The notes under the pieces were generated by a model that made no database searches, was not told where the DNA came from, and saw only the letters and a program-made list of their open reading frames with translations. The translations under genes were made by a program, and so were the position numbers. Positions 13,422 through 32,040 of a stretch of 64,000 bases of DNA are shown piece by piece. Source of the DNA: Macrostomum lignano (lineage: Eukaryota); the NCBI GenBank assembly GCA_002269645.1, contig NIVC01003145.1:52803-116802 (forward strand), read 5' to 3'. Position 1 is the stretch's first letter; each line of letters begins with the position of its first letter.

Positions 13422-15139
13422 ATGACCGCCCGCCCGCCATTGTAAATAGTTCATCAATCCGCGATTTTATTCCTGATAATTTTCCTACATCCAGCTGTGG
13501 TGACATGCGCTTTTGTGAATGGTCGAAGTATCTTGATGAAGACAGAGATGCCGAGTTTCTCTTAAATGGTATTAGTGCCGGGTTTATGATCACTGATGAT
13601 ACCAAATTCTGCGAAAGCTTTAAGCCTAACTACAACTCTGCGCTCGCGCACCAGGAGCTCGTGGATAAGCAAATTAAAGAAGAGCTAAGAACAGGCCGCT
13701 ATGTGATGTCTTCCACAAAGCCTACGAAGGTCAGCCCGCTGGCAGCAATCCCTAAGGGCAGCTCATCAATCCGGCTGATTCACGACGCCAGCGCTCCGTA
13801 TGGAAATTCTATCAACAGTCACTACCATCAGCAGGAACGCATCCGCTTTCAGTCTATCGATGAATTTTATCGTCTGCTCCGTCCTGGCTGCTTTGTGGCT
13901 AAAGTCGACATCAAGCATGCCTATCGCTCCGTTGGCATTCACCCTTCTTGCTACCCGGCAGCCGGTCTACAATGGAAATTCAAAGGAGCCGACTCGCCGT
14001 GCTACCTGGTTGACACCCGGCTGATGTTTGGCGCAGCTGCCTCCGTGTCCATTTTTCACAGAATCTCGCAGGCGATTGTCCGAATTATGCAGCGGTCTGG
14101 CTTTAGCAATGTCGTTGGTTATTTGGACGACTTTGGCCTTGCCTTTGACAGTAGAGCCAAGTGTGAAGAGGCCTTTGAGTTTTTAACTGGCCTTCTCCAA
14201 CGTCTCGGGTTCGACATCAACTGGGAGAAGAGCAGCGCCCCAGCCCAGACCGTCACCTACCTCGGTGTGAACATCGACACGAGTTCTGGTTTGCTTTGCC
14301 TGCCCCATGATAAGATCGATCTGACTGTCAACCTCGTCCAGCAGATGAAGCTGAAGTCTCGGTTGACTAAGCGGGAGCTTCAGAAGCTGTGTGGCAAGAT
14401 TAACTGGTGGTGCCAGGTCGCTCCTCCCGTGGGTAGAAGTTTCCTGCGCAACCTTATCTCCAGAGTTAACTCTCTAGCTCATCCTAGGCACTGCGTCCGT
14501 ATGGATGAGTCGCTGCGTGGCGAGCTGGAGTGGTGGACCCTGGCTATCCGAAAGCTGAATGGCCGCGAGCTCTGGCCCAAGTATCTCAACGAGTGGGTGC
14601 TGGAGAGTGACTCATCCGAGAAGGCGGGCGGCTGCATCGTCCGCAGCCACAATTTTTGTGACTGGATCTTCATCGACTGGGAGAAGGACTTCAATGGCCA
14701 GTTTGCCAAGTACCCGATCAACTACAAAGAAGCTCTCGTGCCGCTTCTCACTCTGATGGTGCTGCGCCCGCTGCTGAGCCAGTGCAAGGTTGTATGCTAC
14801 GTTGACAATGACCCAGCTGTCTTCATCCTCAACAAGGCTGCTTCTAAGGACCCTGAGCTGCTGCGCCTGCTTCAGACCATTGGTCTCTTCTGTTTCGCTA
14901 ACAAAGTTGTGTTAAGCTTCTTTCATGTGCCGGGCTGGTTTCAGACCTATGCTGACCCCATTTCGCGTCTTCATTCTCGGAGTGGCCTCATTAACTTTTG
15001 CATGCGTTTTTATGGCACTGTGCAAGTGTGCCCGCTTGAATTTGCCTCCCACGCGCTGGCCTCTGCTGCCTCCCATTTTCTGCTTTTACAGGTCCTGACC
15101 CTGCGGTGCGGCGGCTTCGGGGGCGGGCGGCTCGTCTGA
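13343..15139 (+). CDS. Ngaro reverse transcriptase / RNase H
   Basis: RLIHD, KVDIKHAYR, LMFG, YLDD RT motifs; RNase H residues ESDSS, INYKEA, YVDN, HVPG..ADPISR; uninterrupted 598 aa. Confidence 0.95.
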   Translation: MQISACLRHLQKGPSGSSARFSVKKLDDRPPAIVNSSSIRDFIPDNFPTSSCGDMRFCEWSKYLDEDRDAEFLLNGISAGFMITDDTKFCESFKPNYNSALAHQELVDKQIKEELRTGRYVMSSTKPTKVSPLAAIPKGSSSIRLIHDASAPYGNSINSHYHQQERIRFQSIDEFYRLLRPGCFVAKVDIKHAYRSVGIHPSCYPAAGLQWKFKGADSPCYLVDTRLMFGAAASVSIFHRISQAIVRIMQRSGFSNVVGYLDDFGLAFDSRAKCEEAFEFLTGLLQRLGFDINWEKSSAPAQTVTYLGVNIDTSSGLLCLPHDKIDLTVNLVQQMKLKSRLTKRELQKLCGKINWWCQVAPPVGRSFLRNLISRVNSLAHPRHCVRMDESLRGELEWWTLAIRKLNGRELWPKYLNEWVLESDSSEKAGGCIVRSHNFCDWIFIDWEKDFNGQFAKYPINYKEALVPLLTLMVLRPLLSQCKVVCYVDNDPAVFILNKAASKDPELLRLLQTIGLFCFANKVVLSFFHVPGWFQTYADPISRLHSRSGLINFCMRFYGTVQVCPLEFASHALASAASHFLLLQVLTLRCGGFGGGRLV

Positions 15140-16131
15140 TCGAGTTGTCTCTGGCGGAGTCGACACGGCTGACCTACGAGTCTGTCTGGCGAGCCTGGTG
15201 TCGTTTCTGTCAAGGGCTAAATGAACGACCTGAGCAGCCCACGGTGGAGCTTCTCGTTCTCTACCTGTCCGACATCTCTCTTCGCCTACTTTCGTTCAAC
15301 AGTGTTCAGCTTCATCTGCAAGCGTTGAGCTGGTATTGCCGCTGCCTCGGTCTTGACGAAGTCGCGCGAGCTCCAATTCTGCCACTCATCCTAAAAGGAA
15401 TCAGACGGGACCTAAGCAAGTCGTGGACCCCAGCCACTAAGCAACCACTCCGGCCGGAGCATCTGATGCGCATTCGCCAGCACCTGCTGCTGTCAGATCC
15501 GGCAGATGCTGCTCTGTGGGCTCTCGTGCTCACGGGCTGGTTCGGCATGCTTCGCCTCGATAATCTGTGCGCCCGCAAGAAATCGGGTGACTCGGCGAGC
15601 GCGATAAGGATATCTGATGTCAAGTTCAGCCGCGCTGGTGTTACCATCTTTGTAGCCCGTTCAAAGACAGTGCAGTTCGGTGAGCGCATTCACACCATCC
15701 AGCTCCCGGTTATGGGCCCGAGCTCAGCAGCTGCTCTCAGATTGTGTCCTGTGGCTGCGCTCCGACATCACTGGCAGCTGAATCGCCTTTTTGATGCGTC
15801 TCACAGTCTGCCCATATTCTCAGTTTCATCAGCGCCGCGATCCTGGCGGCCTCTGACTCAGCGGGGGGTTCGCCACCGCCTGCATCGCCTGTTCTGCAAG
15901 GCCGGACTGGAAGCTTCTAGCTTCTCGGCGCACTCGCTCCGGCGTGGTGGAGCGACGTTTGCTTTCAATGCTGGGCTGAGCGTGGACCGCATCAAGCTGC
16001 TGGGAGATTGGCGCAGCTCGGCGGTTTCGCGGTACATCTCTGATGGCAATGCCGGTAACCTAGCGGCCCGTCGATCTATGTCTGCTTGCCTTGGCTCCTA
16101 CTGTTCATCATTTGCCTCCTCTCCCCTCTGA
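15106..16131 (+). CDS. Ngaro tyrosine recombinase
   Basis: GWFGMLR (catalytic R), SKT, HSLRRGGAT and LGDWRSSAVSRY motifs; overlaps the RT ORF end. Confidence 0.95.
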   Translation: MRRLRGRAARLIELSLAESTRLTYESVWRAWCRFCQGLNERPEQPTVELLVLYLSDISLRLLSFNSVQLHLQALSWYCRCLGLDEVARAPILPLILKGIRRDLSKSWTPATKQPLRPEHLMRIRQHLLLSDPADAALWALVLTGWFGMLRLDNLCARKKSGDSASAIRISDVKFSRAGVTIFVARSKTVQFGERIHTIQLPVMGPSSAAALRLCPVAALRHHWQLNRLFDASHSLPIFSVSSAPRSWRPLTQRGVRHRLHRLFCKAGLEASSFSAHSLRRGGATFAFNAGLSVDRIKLLGDWRSSAVSRYISDGNAGNLAARRSMSACLGSYCSSFASSPL

Positions 16132-17623
16132 CTCGCCTGCTTTTTGGAGTTTGGGGTTGCTCCCCTGCTCGCTGCTTTGTGCCCACGTTCTGCGTTCGGT
16201 CTTCGTCACTCGCCTAACCCCTAAGTGTGCTTTGTGGGCGGCCGTAGGCCGCGTACAAAGTGTGTTAGGGGTGGCGGGGTGGCGTCTGCGTTGGGGGGGG
16301 GGTTGTCGCGGGGCGGCTAGCTTTTAACCCCCAGCTTGTGCTCTGCTCGCGGTGTCGCACTCCTGCTCAATTTTTTTTAAAAAAATTCGAAGTAATGCAT
16401 TCTTTTATTCTTAGTGTCTTTTAAATACCAATTTCAAGTAATACGCTCGTAGTTCATCGAACAGCCTTTCAAATAAATAACTCGTCGAACAGCCAGGGGT
16501 TGCTCCCCTGCTCGCTGCTTTGTGCCCACGTTCTGCGTTCGGTCTTCGTCACTCGCCTAACCCCTAATAACTGACATAAGGGAATAATGTTCGCAAACAG
16601 TCTACATGGCATTCTGAAATACATTCAAAAAAGATACTAAAGACATTTTAGACAAGACGCAAACGAAATCAGCACTCATCACAGTGTTGTCTATGGTCAA
16701 ACTATGGGTAAAATAACTCTCAAAACAGCCGCAACTCTCTCGCTTCTGGTACGCTGAAATAATGGCCTCTATGTGTCTTCTCGACAATGACCATATCTAC
16801 CATCTAGCATTGTTATGGTCACGTGAGCACAAATAGAATCTAAAAAAGTAATACTTTGTACATTATTGCAGAATTGACTTACTTTAGCAAGACTATCGTT
16901 AAAATCTTGTAGAAATTCGCAGCGAAGATTTGAGGTATTCAGGTCAACTTTTGCTAGGGGTAAAGTCTGACTTCAGTTTCCTTGCCTATATGTTAGCCAC
17001 CCCTATTTTTTGTTAAACTCCTATTGGTTGTCAACGGATGCAGAGGCTCAGCATCATGTGTTGCAGAGTGGATTTTGATCGATAATAAAATATATTTTCC
17101 AGAAATGTTTTCAAAACTTTTCGATACTTCAAACGGTGCAAAGACACCGTACATATAGTGAAGAGAAGAAACGACAGAGCAGGGATGCCAGGGATGGCGT
17201 CAAACGTTCTCATCAACTGCAGGGGAAATTTGCAACAGAAGCTCGACAAGAAGACGGATATTGAAGTAGAGGACTACTCACTCTTAATTATCTTCTGTTC
17301 TTGTTTGAGCTATTCGAGAGCATCTTTGTCCCGCATCGGATGTGCTCAGAGACACCCTCCGAGCAGGACGAGCCCCGGGGCGATGCGTCTCAACAGAGAC
17401 AGGCTCTGTCCGCATTATAGGAGCGGCAGAGCTCTGGGGCTGTTTGTTATTCTGAGGCCAGGGGCTTCTCTAACAGAGCTTTGCCAGAATTAGGCGTCCG
17501 CGCAGTCCCTCAGCGCAGGATGCAGGGTTGGGATTTTTTGGCGATTTGCAAAAAATTAATTATCGGGAAGGCGATGCTTGAAACTCGAAAGGTCTGCTAG
17601 CTCGATTGACGATCTAGCTCGAT

Positions 17624-18117
<494 letters not shown>

Positions 18118-18904
18118 ACTGTCTTTAGTATCTTATTAAATTTCTCCGCTTTACTTCCGTGTTTCCCAAATATTATCCTTCAGTGTCATTTGTTTAACAA
18201 AATTCTCTCCCACAGAAATATAATGAATGATAAAATAAGAAGATTTAAAATAATAACTGTACTTGCCTTTGAATTAGAAAAAGCAGAACCCAGTTGCCCT
18301 GAGTCTTCCCGAAGGGTCACAGACAGGCTTGTATGAGGCTATTAACTTCAAAGCTTTATAACTTGTAAAAAAATTGTTCAAATTAACTGAGAATTCAAGT
18401 CTGCAGTACACAGATAGTGGTCATCCCCATCTGAGCAGTGCCGCACATGTTTTATACATGGGTAGCGAGCGTGTTGACTCTTCGCAGTGACAGAGACTTA
18501 AGGAGAGACATGGCTAAGCACACAGGTAAAGTGTCAGTCAAACAGCGTAGAGTTGCTCTGGCAGAATTTATACAATCTCACTGGTACCAAAACACTTACA
18601 AAGCACCCCAATGCATGATAGTCTCTACAAGGTTTATCGTGTAGCAAACAACATGGTTAACAGGGTTCGCATACTTGCGGCCACCAAAGGGTCTGAGCAA
18701 AAAAAAAAGACTTTATATTTCTGCGCATGAAACTTATGAACGCGCGTGTCCAGTGTTATTCTAAACTAAATATTTGATTTTTTGTTCGCTCCGGCTTAAT
18801 CCATCTGGGTCTGGGTTTTTCCGTTTCGAATTTGCGGTGTGCTATGTTGGCTTCGATAGTCTTGGGAGAAAAGAATTACAGCTTCGCGAAGGCGCGGATT
18901 GGAC

Positions 18905-19316
18905 ACTAATGAGGGCGCCGAATGGACACTATGAGGGCGCCAAATAAACACTAATGAGGGCGCCAAATCGACACTATGAGGGCGGCAAATAAACACTAAT
19001 GCGAGCGCCAAATGGACACTAATGAGGGCGCCAAACGGACACTAATGAGGGCGCCAAATCGACACTATGAGGGCGGCAAATAAACACTAATGAGGGCGCC
19101 AAATCGACACTATGAGGGCGCCAAATAAACACTAATGAGAGCGCCAAATGGACACTAATGAGGGCGCCAAACGGACACTAATGAGGGCGCCAAATCGACA
19201 CTATGAGGGCGGCAAATAAACACTAATGAGGGCGCCGAATGGAAACTAATGAGGGCGCCGAATGGAGACTAATGAGGGCGCCGAATGGATCCTAATGAGG
19301 GAGCCGAATGGACACC
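18905..19316. repeat. 22-23-bp minisatellite (ACACTAATGAGGGCGCCAAATGG)
   Basis: Tandem units with a GGCGCC core. Confidence 0.9.
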
Positions 19317-19700
19317 GCTTTTGTTCTAATGTGCGACTTTCAAGACATTTTTATGGTCTGTATAGATATATCAGTATGCTAACTAAAATTCTGATTGACA
19401 GTTTCAACTGAAGGAAAGCTTCACCGCCGCAGCAGTGTTAAAGTCGGTAAGCAAAACGCAAAAGTAAAAAAGAAGAGAAAGTTGTTTTTTTATTTTTTCC
19501 TGGACTTTGACCTTCGATGCACCACTGGGAATGACTGTCAGGCCCTGCTGCGCAACTTCTTTCTTTTAGTTTTTCCGAAATTTCATGCATTTTGAAGTTT
19601 TGCTGCGCTAGCCAGAGGACTACTAAAAATAGAATGTGGAATTGAAAACTGGGCTGGTTGTGGCAATGATGGTCTGTCTCAGTGTCTACGAGCGCATTTG

Positions 19701-20995
19701 AGTGGATGTCTGTGTCTCTGTTTTTTGTCTGGATCTCTATGTCTCAGTGTCTGTTTGTCTGGATGTCTATGTGTCTCAGTGTATATTTGTCTGGATGTCT
19801 GTGTCTCAGTGTCTATTTGTCTTGATGTCTATGTGTCTCAGTGTCTATTTGTCTGGATGTCTATGTGTCTCAGTGCCTGTTTGTCTGGATTTTTATGTGT
19901 CTCAGTGTCTATTTGTCTGGATGTCTATGTGTCTCAGTGTCTGTTTGTCTGGATTTTTATGTGTCTCAGTGTCTATTTGTCTTGATGTCTATGTGTCTCA
20001 GTGTCTGTTTGTTTGGATGTCTATGTGTCTCAGTGACTATTTGTCTGGATGTCTGTGTCTCTGTGTCTGTTTGTCTGGATGTCTATGTGTCTCAGTGTCT
20101 ATTTGTCTGGATGTCTTTGTATCTCAGTGTCTATTTGTTTGGATGTCCATGTGTCTCAGTGTCTATTTTTCTGGATGTCTATGTGTCTCAGTGTCTGTTT
20201 GTCTGGATGTCTATGTGTCTCAGTGTCTGTTTGTCTGGATGTCTATGTGTCTCAGTGTCTGTTTGTCTGGATTTCTATATGTCTCAGTGTCTATTTGTCT
20301 GGATGTCTATGTGTCTCAGTGTCTGTTTGTCTGGATGTCTATGTGTCTCAGTGACTTTTTGTCTGGATGTCTATGTGTCTCAGTGTCTATTTGTTTGGGT
20401 GTATATGTGTCTCAGTGACTTTTTGTCTGGATGTCTATGTGTCTCAGTGTCTGTTTGTCTGGATTTCTATGTGTCTCAGTGTCTATTTGTCTTGATGTCT
20501 ATGTGTCTCAGTGTCTGTGTGCTTGGATGTCTATGTGTCTCAGTGTCTATTTGTTTGGGTGTATATGTGTCTCAGTGACTTTTTGTCTGGATGTCTATGT
20601 GTCTCAGTGTCTGTTTGTCTGGATTTCTATGTGTCTCAGTGTCTATTTGTCTTGATGTCTATGTGTCTCAGTGTCTGTGTGCTTGGATGTCTATGTGTCT
20701 CAGTGACTATTTGTCTGGATGTCTGTGTCCCTGTGTCTGTTTGTCTGGATGTCTATGTGTCTCAGTGTCTGTTTGTCTTGATGTCTATGTGTCTCAGTGT
20801 CTGTTTGTCTGGATGTCTATGTGTCTCACTGTATATTTGTCTGGATGTCTATGTGTCTCAGTGTATATTTGTCTGGATGTCTATATATCTCAGTGTCTAT
20901 TTGTTTGGATGTCTATGTGTCTTAGTGTCTATTTGTCTGGATGTCTATGTGCCTCAGTGTCTATTTGTCTGGATGTCTATGTGCCTCAGTGTCGT
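19701..20995. repeat. 32-bp minisatellite (GTCTGGATGTCTATGTGTCTCAGTGTCTGTTT)
   Basis: cagtgtct recurs at 20221 and 20253. Confidence 0.92.
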
Positions 20996-21654
20996 TTCAT
21001 CTGCCAGCAGCAGTTTCCTGGTCACTTTCATCTCTAAATAACGCAGCTTTACTGAATGTCTCCAATCCCATCTCCTCAGTGTCTCACTGTCAAACGGTTT
21101 CCGTTTTGTTACACGCACAAACAATTCTGTTGATGTTAATTTCTTCTTTTGTTTTAAACTAAGCAGCCCTGTCAACTTCCTTAGGTCCTGTCCTCTCGTT
21201 TCTCGTTTTGTCCGGACTTTGTTTAAACCGGACGGGCTGTCCGACTCAAAGCGCGCAGGTTTCTGTTAAGCAGTAAAACGAAGGCGGCGATGACGAGCCG
21301 TTCCCCAGGGCGTGGGCCAGATTGGCCCCCTTGCAGACTGGCGCATCGGCCCGGCGGCAGCAGGGAGGCGGGGTGGGCGTGGAAGTCATCATCAGGGATC
21401 TGGGATTAAAAAAAACGCACACAAATTGCGAGCCGAAAATGCCGCGCGGGGTGCCCGCAAGCCAGCCGTGTCTAGCGGAGCAAAACGAATTGAAGCGCTG
21501 ATTAATAATGCTTCCCAGAGGGGATTTGCGGGGCTAATCAGGGACTTGGCGGATGCATAGGTGCTGAAGTGTTTTATTAATTTTGTCTGTGACAGAGTTG
21601 GCGTGAGGTGAGAGCTTGTAAATTTTTTATAAACAGTGCCTGTTTGCTGTTGTG

Positions 21655-26619
<4,965 letters not shown>

Positions 26620-27262
26620 GGATGTCAGTTGGCATTGCAAAATCTGCAGCAGAGAAAGCTCCGCAATTCCAGAAGCTGGCTTTCTACCTAATTAGTCAGG
26701 TTATTCATTCCCATTTCTCTTTCTTCCAGTTTTCCGCAAAGAAATGGCCAAGCAACATGTGTTGCTCGGGCCCGAATCCGCTGCAATCTCTGCCCGTGCC
26801 CTGGGATGGCTGCAGTATCGCTGCGGAGCTGCACGGGCCGCGCTGGCCGCCGACAAAGCGGTCAGTTGTTCTTGTTAGCCATTCTTAATATTTTGCAAAC
26901 CCCACAGCCTAAAAGTACAACTGTGCCCGAATTCGGGGCGGCTGCCTCGATCTTAGCGAACGAAGCTTGACCAATTAGATTTATTGTGCATTCGACTGCG
27001 GCTTCCTAATCGATGAAAAGTTGCGATAAGCTCGAATGTTACTGGAAAAATGTTTTTATTGATACTGAAAGGTGAATTATAAGCTTGAATCTTTTTTGTG
27101 TTATGCATCAATTTGTTACGCATATATTCTCAACTGACTACTAATATCGGTTATACAAAAATTTGTTTACTAAGTATCAGTGTCACAAAAATTCTTGAAA
27201 ATCTAAGTTGAAGAAAACTAAACGAAGTTAACTCTTTGTGAGAGAATCAGAGGTGGGAGACG

Positions 27263-27566
27263 AAAGGGAAGAGGGAATCCTTATGGGATGAGTGAGGGGA
27301 GTGGGAATCCCTATGGGATGAGTGAGGGGAGAGGGAATCCCAATGGGATGAATGATGGGAGAGGGAATCCCTATGAGATGAGTGAGGGGAGAGGGAATCC
27401 CTATGGGATGAGTGAGGGGAGAGGGAATCCCTATGGGATGAGTAAGGGGAGAGGGAATCCCTATGGGATCAGAGAGGGGAGAGGGAATCCCAATGGGATC
27501 AGAGATGGGACAGGAAACCCCAATGGGATCAGAGATGGGACAGGAAACCCCAATGGGATCAGGGAG
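27263..27566. repeat. 30-bp minisatellite (GAGAGGGAATCCCTATGGGATGAGTGAGGG)
   Basis: 10-aa period in the overlapping ORFs. Confidence 0.88.
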
Positions 27567-28739
27567 GGCAGATGGAAGAAAAAATCCGATTATAGTCAAG
27601 CGAGACTTTACTAAACAATTTCCTAATGTTTCGCTTCCTCCCTACTTGAGCACACAAGCACACTAAGTTCGAGGTACCCTACTCCCAAAACTCTCTTCTA
27701 ATGGTTTTTGTTGTAAGCTACTGGTTTTTGGGATCGATAGAAGCTAGTGGAAATAGAAAGCCGGAGTCACGTGACCATTCTGTAGACACATAAGTATCTC
27801 TACTTCAAATAAAGCGACTTTGCGTCTATTTACAACCGAAGTACATGTATTTGTATGGAGGCTTTTTAACACGAATATTCTTTATGGCTCACAAGCATTA
27901 AGATGAATATCAATTGCATTGACTGTTACCGGAACCATAAACGATAACCGTAGACTATGGAACCATAGACTATTACCATAGACTATAGAGTCATAGACTA
28001 TTACCATAGACTATAGAACCATAGATTATTACCATGGACTATTGAAGCTTAGACACCATATACTATAGAGTCATAGACTATTACCATAGACTATGGATCC
28101 ATAGAAAATAATATCAGGGCCAGCAAAAAAAGCTAACGACGATGATTTTTTTAAAGATTGACCGGTCATAGTCTGAATGCCGTTGCCATGAAGTTTTTTA
28201 ACCATAGACACTTCTATAATGAATTTTAAGTGCTTTCACAATACGATAGCGACTGCATTGAATTCAAGCACTGGATACAGGAGCTATTGGTCTTGAAAAT
28301 AGAGAGAAATAAACTTTGCAAAAAAATCATACTTAAATCCATAGCTAAGTGAGAGTGTGTGTGTGAGACTGAGAACGATCTGGGTCTGCTCACGAGACTT
28401 TAGAAGTGCCGCACCCCGTCCGCAAGAGGTCTGACTGACATCTTGAAGATATTGCATGCAGGCCTGCCCTAGTCAGCTATTGATTCGAGATCGGCTGATC
28501 TCTGACCCGCCGCGACTCTCTACTCCCAGCTCTATCCTTGCTGGCTGTGTCATAAATCCGAATTCTTTTGCTACGAGTGGATCAGAGGGGCAGGAAGAGG
28601 AGGGACTGCATGAGTGCCAGTTCAAACATGTCCGCGTCAGTATAGAACAGAATGACTGCCGCTCTAGGCTGTGAGGATGGGATATAAAGACGAGAGATTA
28701 GTGATGAAGCCGGAGGAGGGAATATAAGATGAGAGACTA

Positions 28740-29764
28740 GAGGGAGAGAGGCAAGGGAGGGATGGAGATGAAAAGGGAGGAAGAAGAGAGGGAGCGAGGT
28801 AGAGAGGGAGATAGGGAGACGTAAAGAGGGAGAGAGGTAGGGAGGGAGATAGGGAGACGTAAAGAGGGAGAGAGGTAGAGAGGGAGATAGGGAGACGTAA
28901 AGAGGGAGAGAGGTAGAGAGGGAGATAGGGAGACGTAAAGAGGGAGAGAGGTAGAGAGGGAGATAGGGAGACGTAAAGAGGGAGAGAGGTAGAGAGGGAG
29001 ATAGGGAGACGTAAAGAGGGAGAGAGGTAGGGAGGGAGATAGGGAGACGTAAAGAGGGAGAGAGGTAGGGAGGGAGATAGGGAGACGTAAAGAGGGAGAG
29101 AGGTAGGGAGGGATATAGGGAGACGTAAAGAGGGAGAGAGGTAGAGAGGGAGATATGAAGACGTAAAGAGGGAGAGAGGTAGAGAGGGAGATATGAAGAC
29201 GTAAAGAGGGAGAGAGGTAGAGAGGGTGAGGGAGAGAGAGAGAGAGGGAGAGAGGGTGAGGGAGAGAGAGAGAGAGGGAGAGAGGGAGAGAGGAGAGAGG
29301 GAGAGAGGGAGAGAGGGAGAGAGGGAGAGAGGGAGAGAGAGAGGGAGAGAGGGAGAGAGGGAGAGAGGGAGAGAGGGAGAGAGGGAGAGAGGGAGAGAGG
29401 GAGAGAGGGAGAGAGGGAGAGAGGGAGAGAGGGAGAGAGGGAGAGAGGGAGAGAGGGAGAGAGGGAGAGAGGGAGAGAGGGAGAGAGAGGAGAGAGTGAG
29501 AGAGGGAGAGAGGGAGAGAGGGAGAGAGGGAGAGAGGGAGAGAGGGAGAGAGGGAGAGAGGGAGAGAGGGAGAGAGGGAGAGAGGGAGAGAGGGAGAGAG
29601 GGAGAGAGGGAGAGAGGGAGAGAGTGAGAGAGTGAGAGAGGGAGAGAGGGAGAGAGGGAGAGAGGGAGAGAGGGAGAGAGGGAGAGAGGGAGAGAGGGAG
29701 AGAGGGAGAGAGGGAGAGAGGGAGAGAGGGAGAGAGGGAGAGAGGGAGAGAGGGAGAGAGGGAG
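28740..29764. repeat. Polypurine (GA-rich) minisatellite/microsatellite
   Basis: GAGAGGGA-type 8-mers plus a longer purine-rich unit. Confidence 0.92.
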
Positions 29765-30312
29765 ACAGTGGCAGTTCAAACCTGTGCTTGAACATTTAAA
29801 ATGAGACGTCATTGAAAGCGAGAGAAAAAAGAAACGAGGGAGTCGGCCAGCTAAAAAAACAATTCAGCCCAGTTTTCGCACCCATGGAACTGACAGATCA
29901 AATTTCCATAAAGGAGCGCTGCGGCTTGGTTCAGGGTAACGTATACTCGTATATATTTATTTAGCTATAAGAGAAAAATCTGAGGAACAAAGCTTTTTAT
30001 ACTTGAGCAATCCAGGCTGCTCTCTGCTTTCAGTTGCAGACTTTACTAACAAGATGCGAACGAATTCCCTCTCTCTCTCCCTGTCCATTCCGCTCCATCG
30101 CTCTCTCAGGGAAAAAATTCAAGGCAAAGAAACTTGATAGGATTTGACAGCTCGGGTTCTCCGTAGTGCCTAATAACATGCAGGCACTGCGGAGACGCAC
30201 CATCATTCCGCTTCAGTTCCGCATTTCACTTCTTGGAGAAGCTGTATCGAGCTTACTTCTGCTGTTCTTTGAGTAGATTGAACTTCAGTTTGCTTTCTTA
30301 CTTTCCTTCTTT

Positions 30313-31018
30313 TATCTTCTGCGTCTTCTGCGTCTTCTGCATCTTCTGCATCTTCTGCATCTTCTGCATCATCTGCATCTTCTGCATCTTCTGCATCTTC
30401 TGCATCTTCTGCATCATCTGCATCTTCTGCATCTTCTGCATCTTCTGCATCTTCTGCATCTTCTGCGTCTTCTGCATCTTCTGTATCTTCTGCATCTTCT
30501 GCATCTTCTGCATCTTCTGCATCTTCTGCATCTTCTGCATCTTCTGCATCTTCTGCATCTTCTGCATCTTCTGCATCTTCTGCATCTTCTGCATCTTCTG
30601 CATCTTCTGCGTCTTCTGCATCTTCTGTATCTTCTGCATCATTTGCATCTTCTGCATCTTCTGCATCTTCTGCATCTTCTGCATCGTCTGTATCTTCTGC
30701 ATCTTCTGCATCTTCTGTATCTTCTGCATCTTCTGCATCTTCTGCATCTTCTGCATCTTCTGCATCGTCTGTATCTTCTGCATCTTCTGCATCTTCTGCA
30801 TCTTCTGCATCTTCTGCATCTTCTGCATCTTCTGCATCTTCTGCATCTTCTGCATCTTCTGCATCTTCTGCATCTTCTGCATCTTCTGTATCTTCTGCAT
30901 CTTCTGCATCTTCTGTATCTTCTGCATCTTCTGCATCTTCTGCATCTTCTGCATCTTCTGCATCTTCTGCATCTTCTGCATCTTCTGCATCTTCTGCATC
31001 TTCTGCATCTTCTGCATC
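30313..31018. repeat. (TCTTCTGCA)n 9-bp repeat
   Basis: Tandem 9-mers. Confidence 0.95.
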
Positions 31019-31177
31019 ATCCCTTCGCTATTCTCAGTGGCTTGAGAGCTGCTGAGGCTGCCGAATTCGAGGGAATAACTCTTTACATCCACTCTCTCAC
31101 TCTCTCATCCACTCTCTCACTCTGTCTCATCCGTGTTTACAGTAATGTGTCTACAGTAATGTGTCTACAGTTTTCAC

Positions 31178-32040
31178 AGGGAGAGAAAGAGGGAGAGATA
31201 GAGAAAGAAAGGAAGAAAGAGAGAGGGAGATAGAGAGAGGGAGATAGAGGGAGGGAGAGATAGAGAGAGGGAGATAGAGAGAGGGTGAGATAGAGAGGGG
31301 GAGATAGAGAGAGGGTGAGATAGAGAGGGGAGATAGAGGGAGGGAGAGATAGAGAGAGGGAGATAGAGAGAGGGAGATAGAGGGAGGGAGAGATAGAGAG
31401 AGGGAGATAGAGAGAGGGTGAGATAGAGAGGGGGAGATAGAGAGGGGAGATAGAGGGAGGGAGAGATAGAGAGAGGGAGATAGAGAGAGGGAGATAGAGG
31501 GAGGGAGAGATAGAGAGAGGGAGATAGAGAGAGGGTGAGATAGAGAGAGGGAGATAGAGAGGGGAGATAGAGGGAGGGAGAGATAGAGAGAGGGAGATAG
31601 AGAGAGGGAGATAGAGGGAGGGAGAGATAGAGAGAGGGAGATAGAGAGAGGGTGAGATAGAGAGGGGGAGATAGAGAGAGGGTGAGATAGAGAGGGGAGA
31701 TAGAGGGAGGGAGAGATAGAGAGAGGGAGATAGAGGGAGGGAGAGATAGAGAGGGGGAGATAGAGAGAGGGTGAGATAGAGAGGGGGAGATAGAGAGAGG
31801 GTGAGATAGAGAGGGGGAGATAAAGACGAGGAAAGAAAGGGGAGATAGGGAGGGGAGATAGAGAGGGGAGAAGAGAGTGGGAGACAGAGATGGACAGATA
31901 AAGAGGGGAAATAGGTAGGGGAGACAGAGAGGGGAGACATGGAAGGGGATAGAGAGAGAGGAGGATAGAGAGGGGAAAAAGGGGGGGGGGAGAAAGAGAG
32001 GGGAGACAGAGATGGGGAGGTAGAGAGTGGGAGGCAGAGA
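31178..32040. repeat. Polypurine GAGATAGAGAGAGG-type repeat
   Basis: Purine-rich tandem units. Confidence 0.9.

Larger units (their letters stand above)
12257..16567 (+). mobile_element. Ngaro-type (DIRS order) tyrosine-recombinase retrotransposon with split direct repeats A1-[gag, RT/RH, YR]-B1-A2-B2
   Basis: A1 12257-12409 matches A2 16225-16377; B1 16153-16224 matches B2 16496-16567. Overlapping gag, RT-RNaseH and YR ORFs lie between them. Confidence 0.93.
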
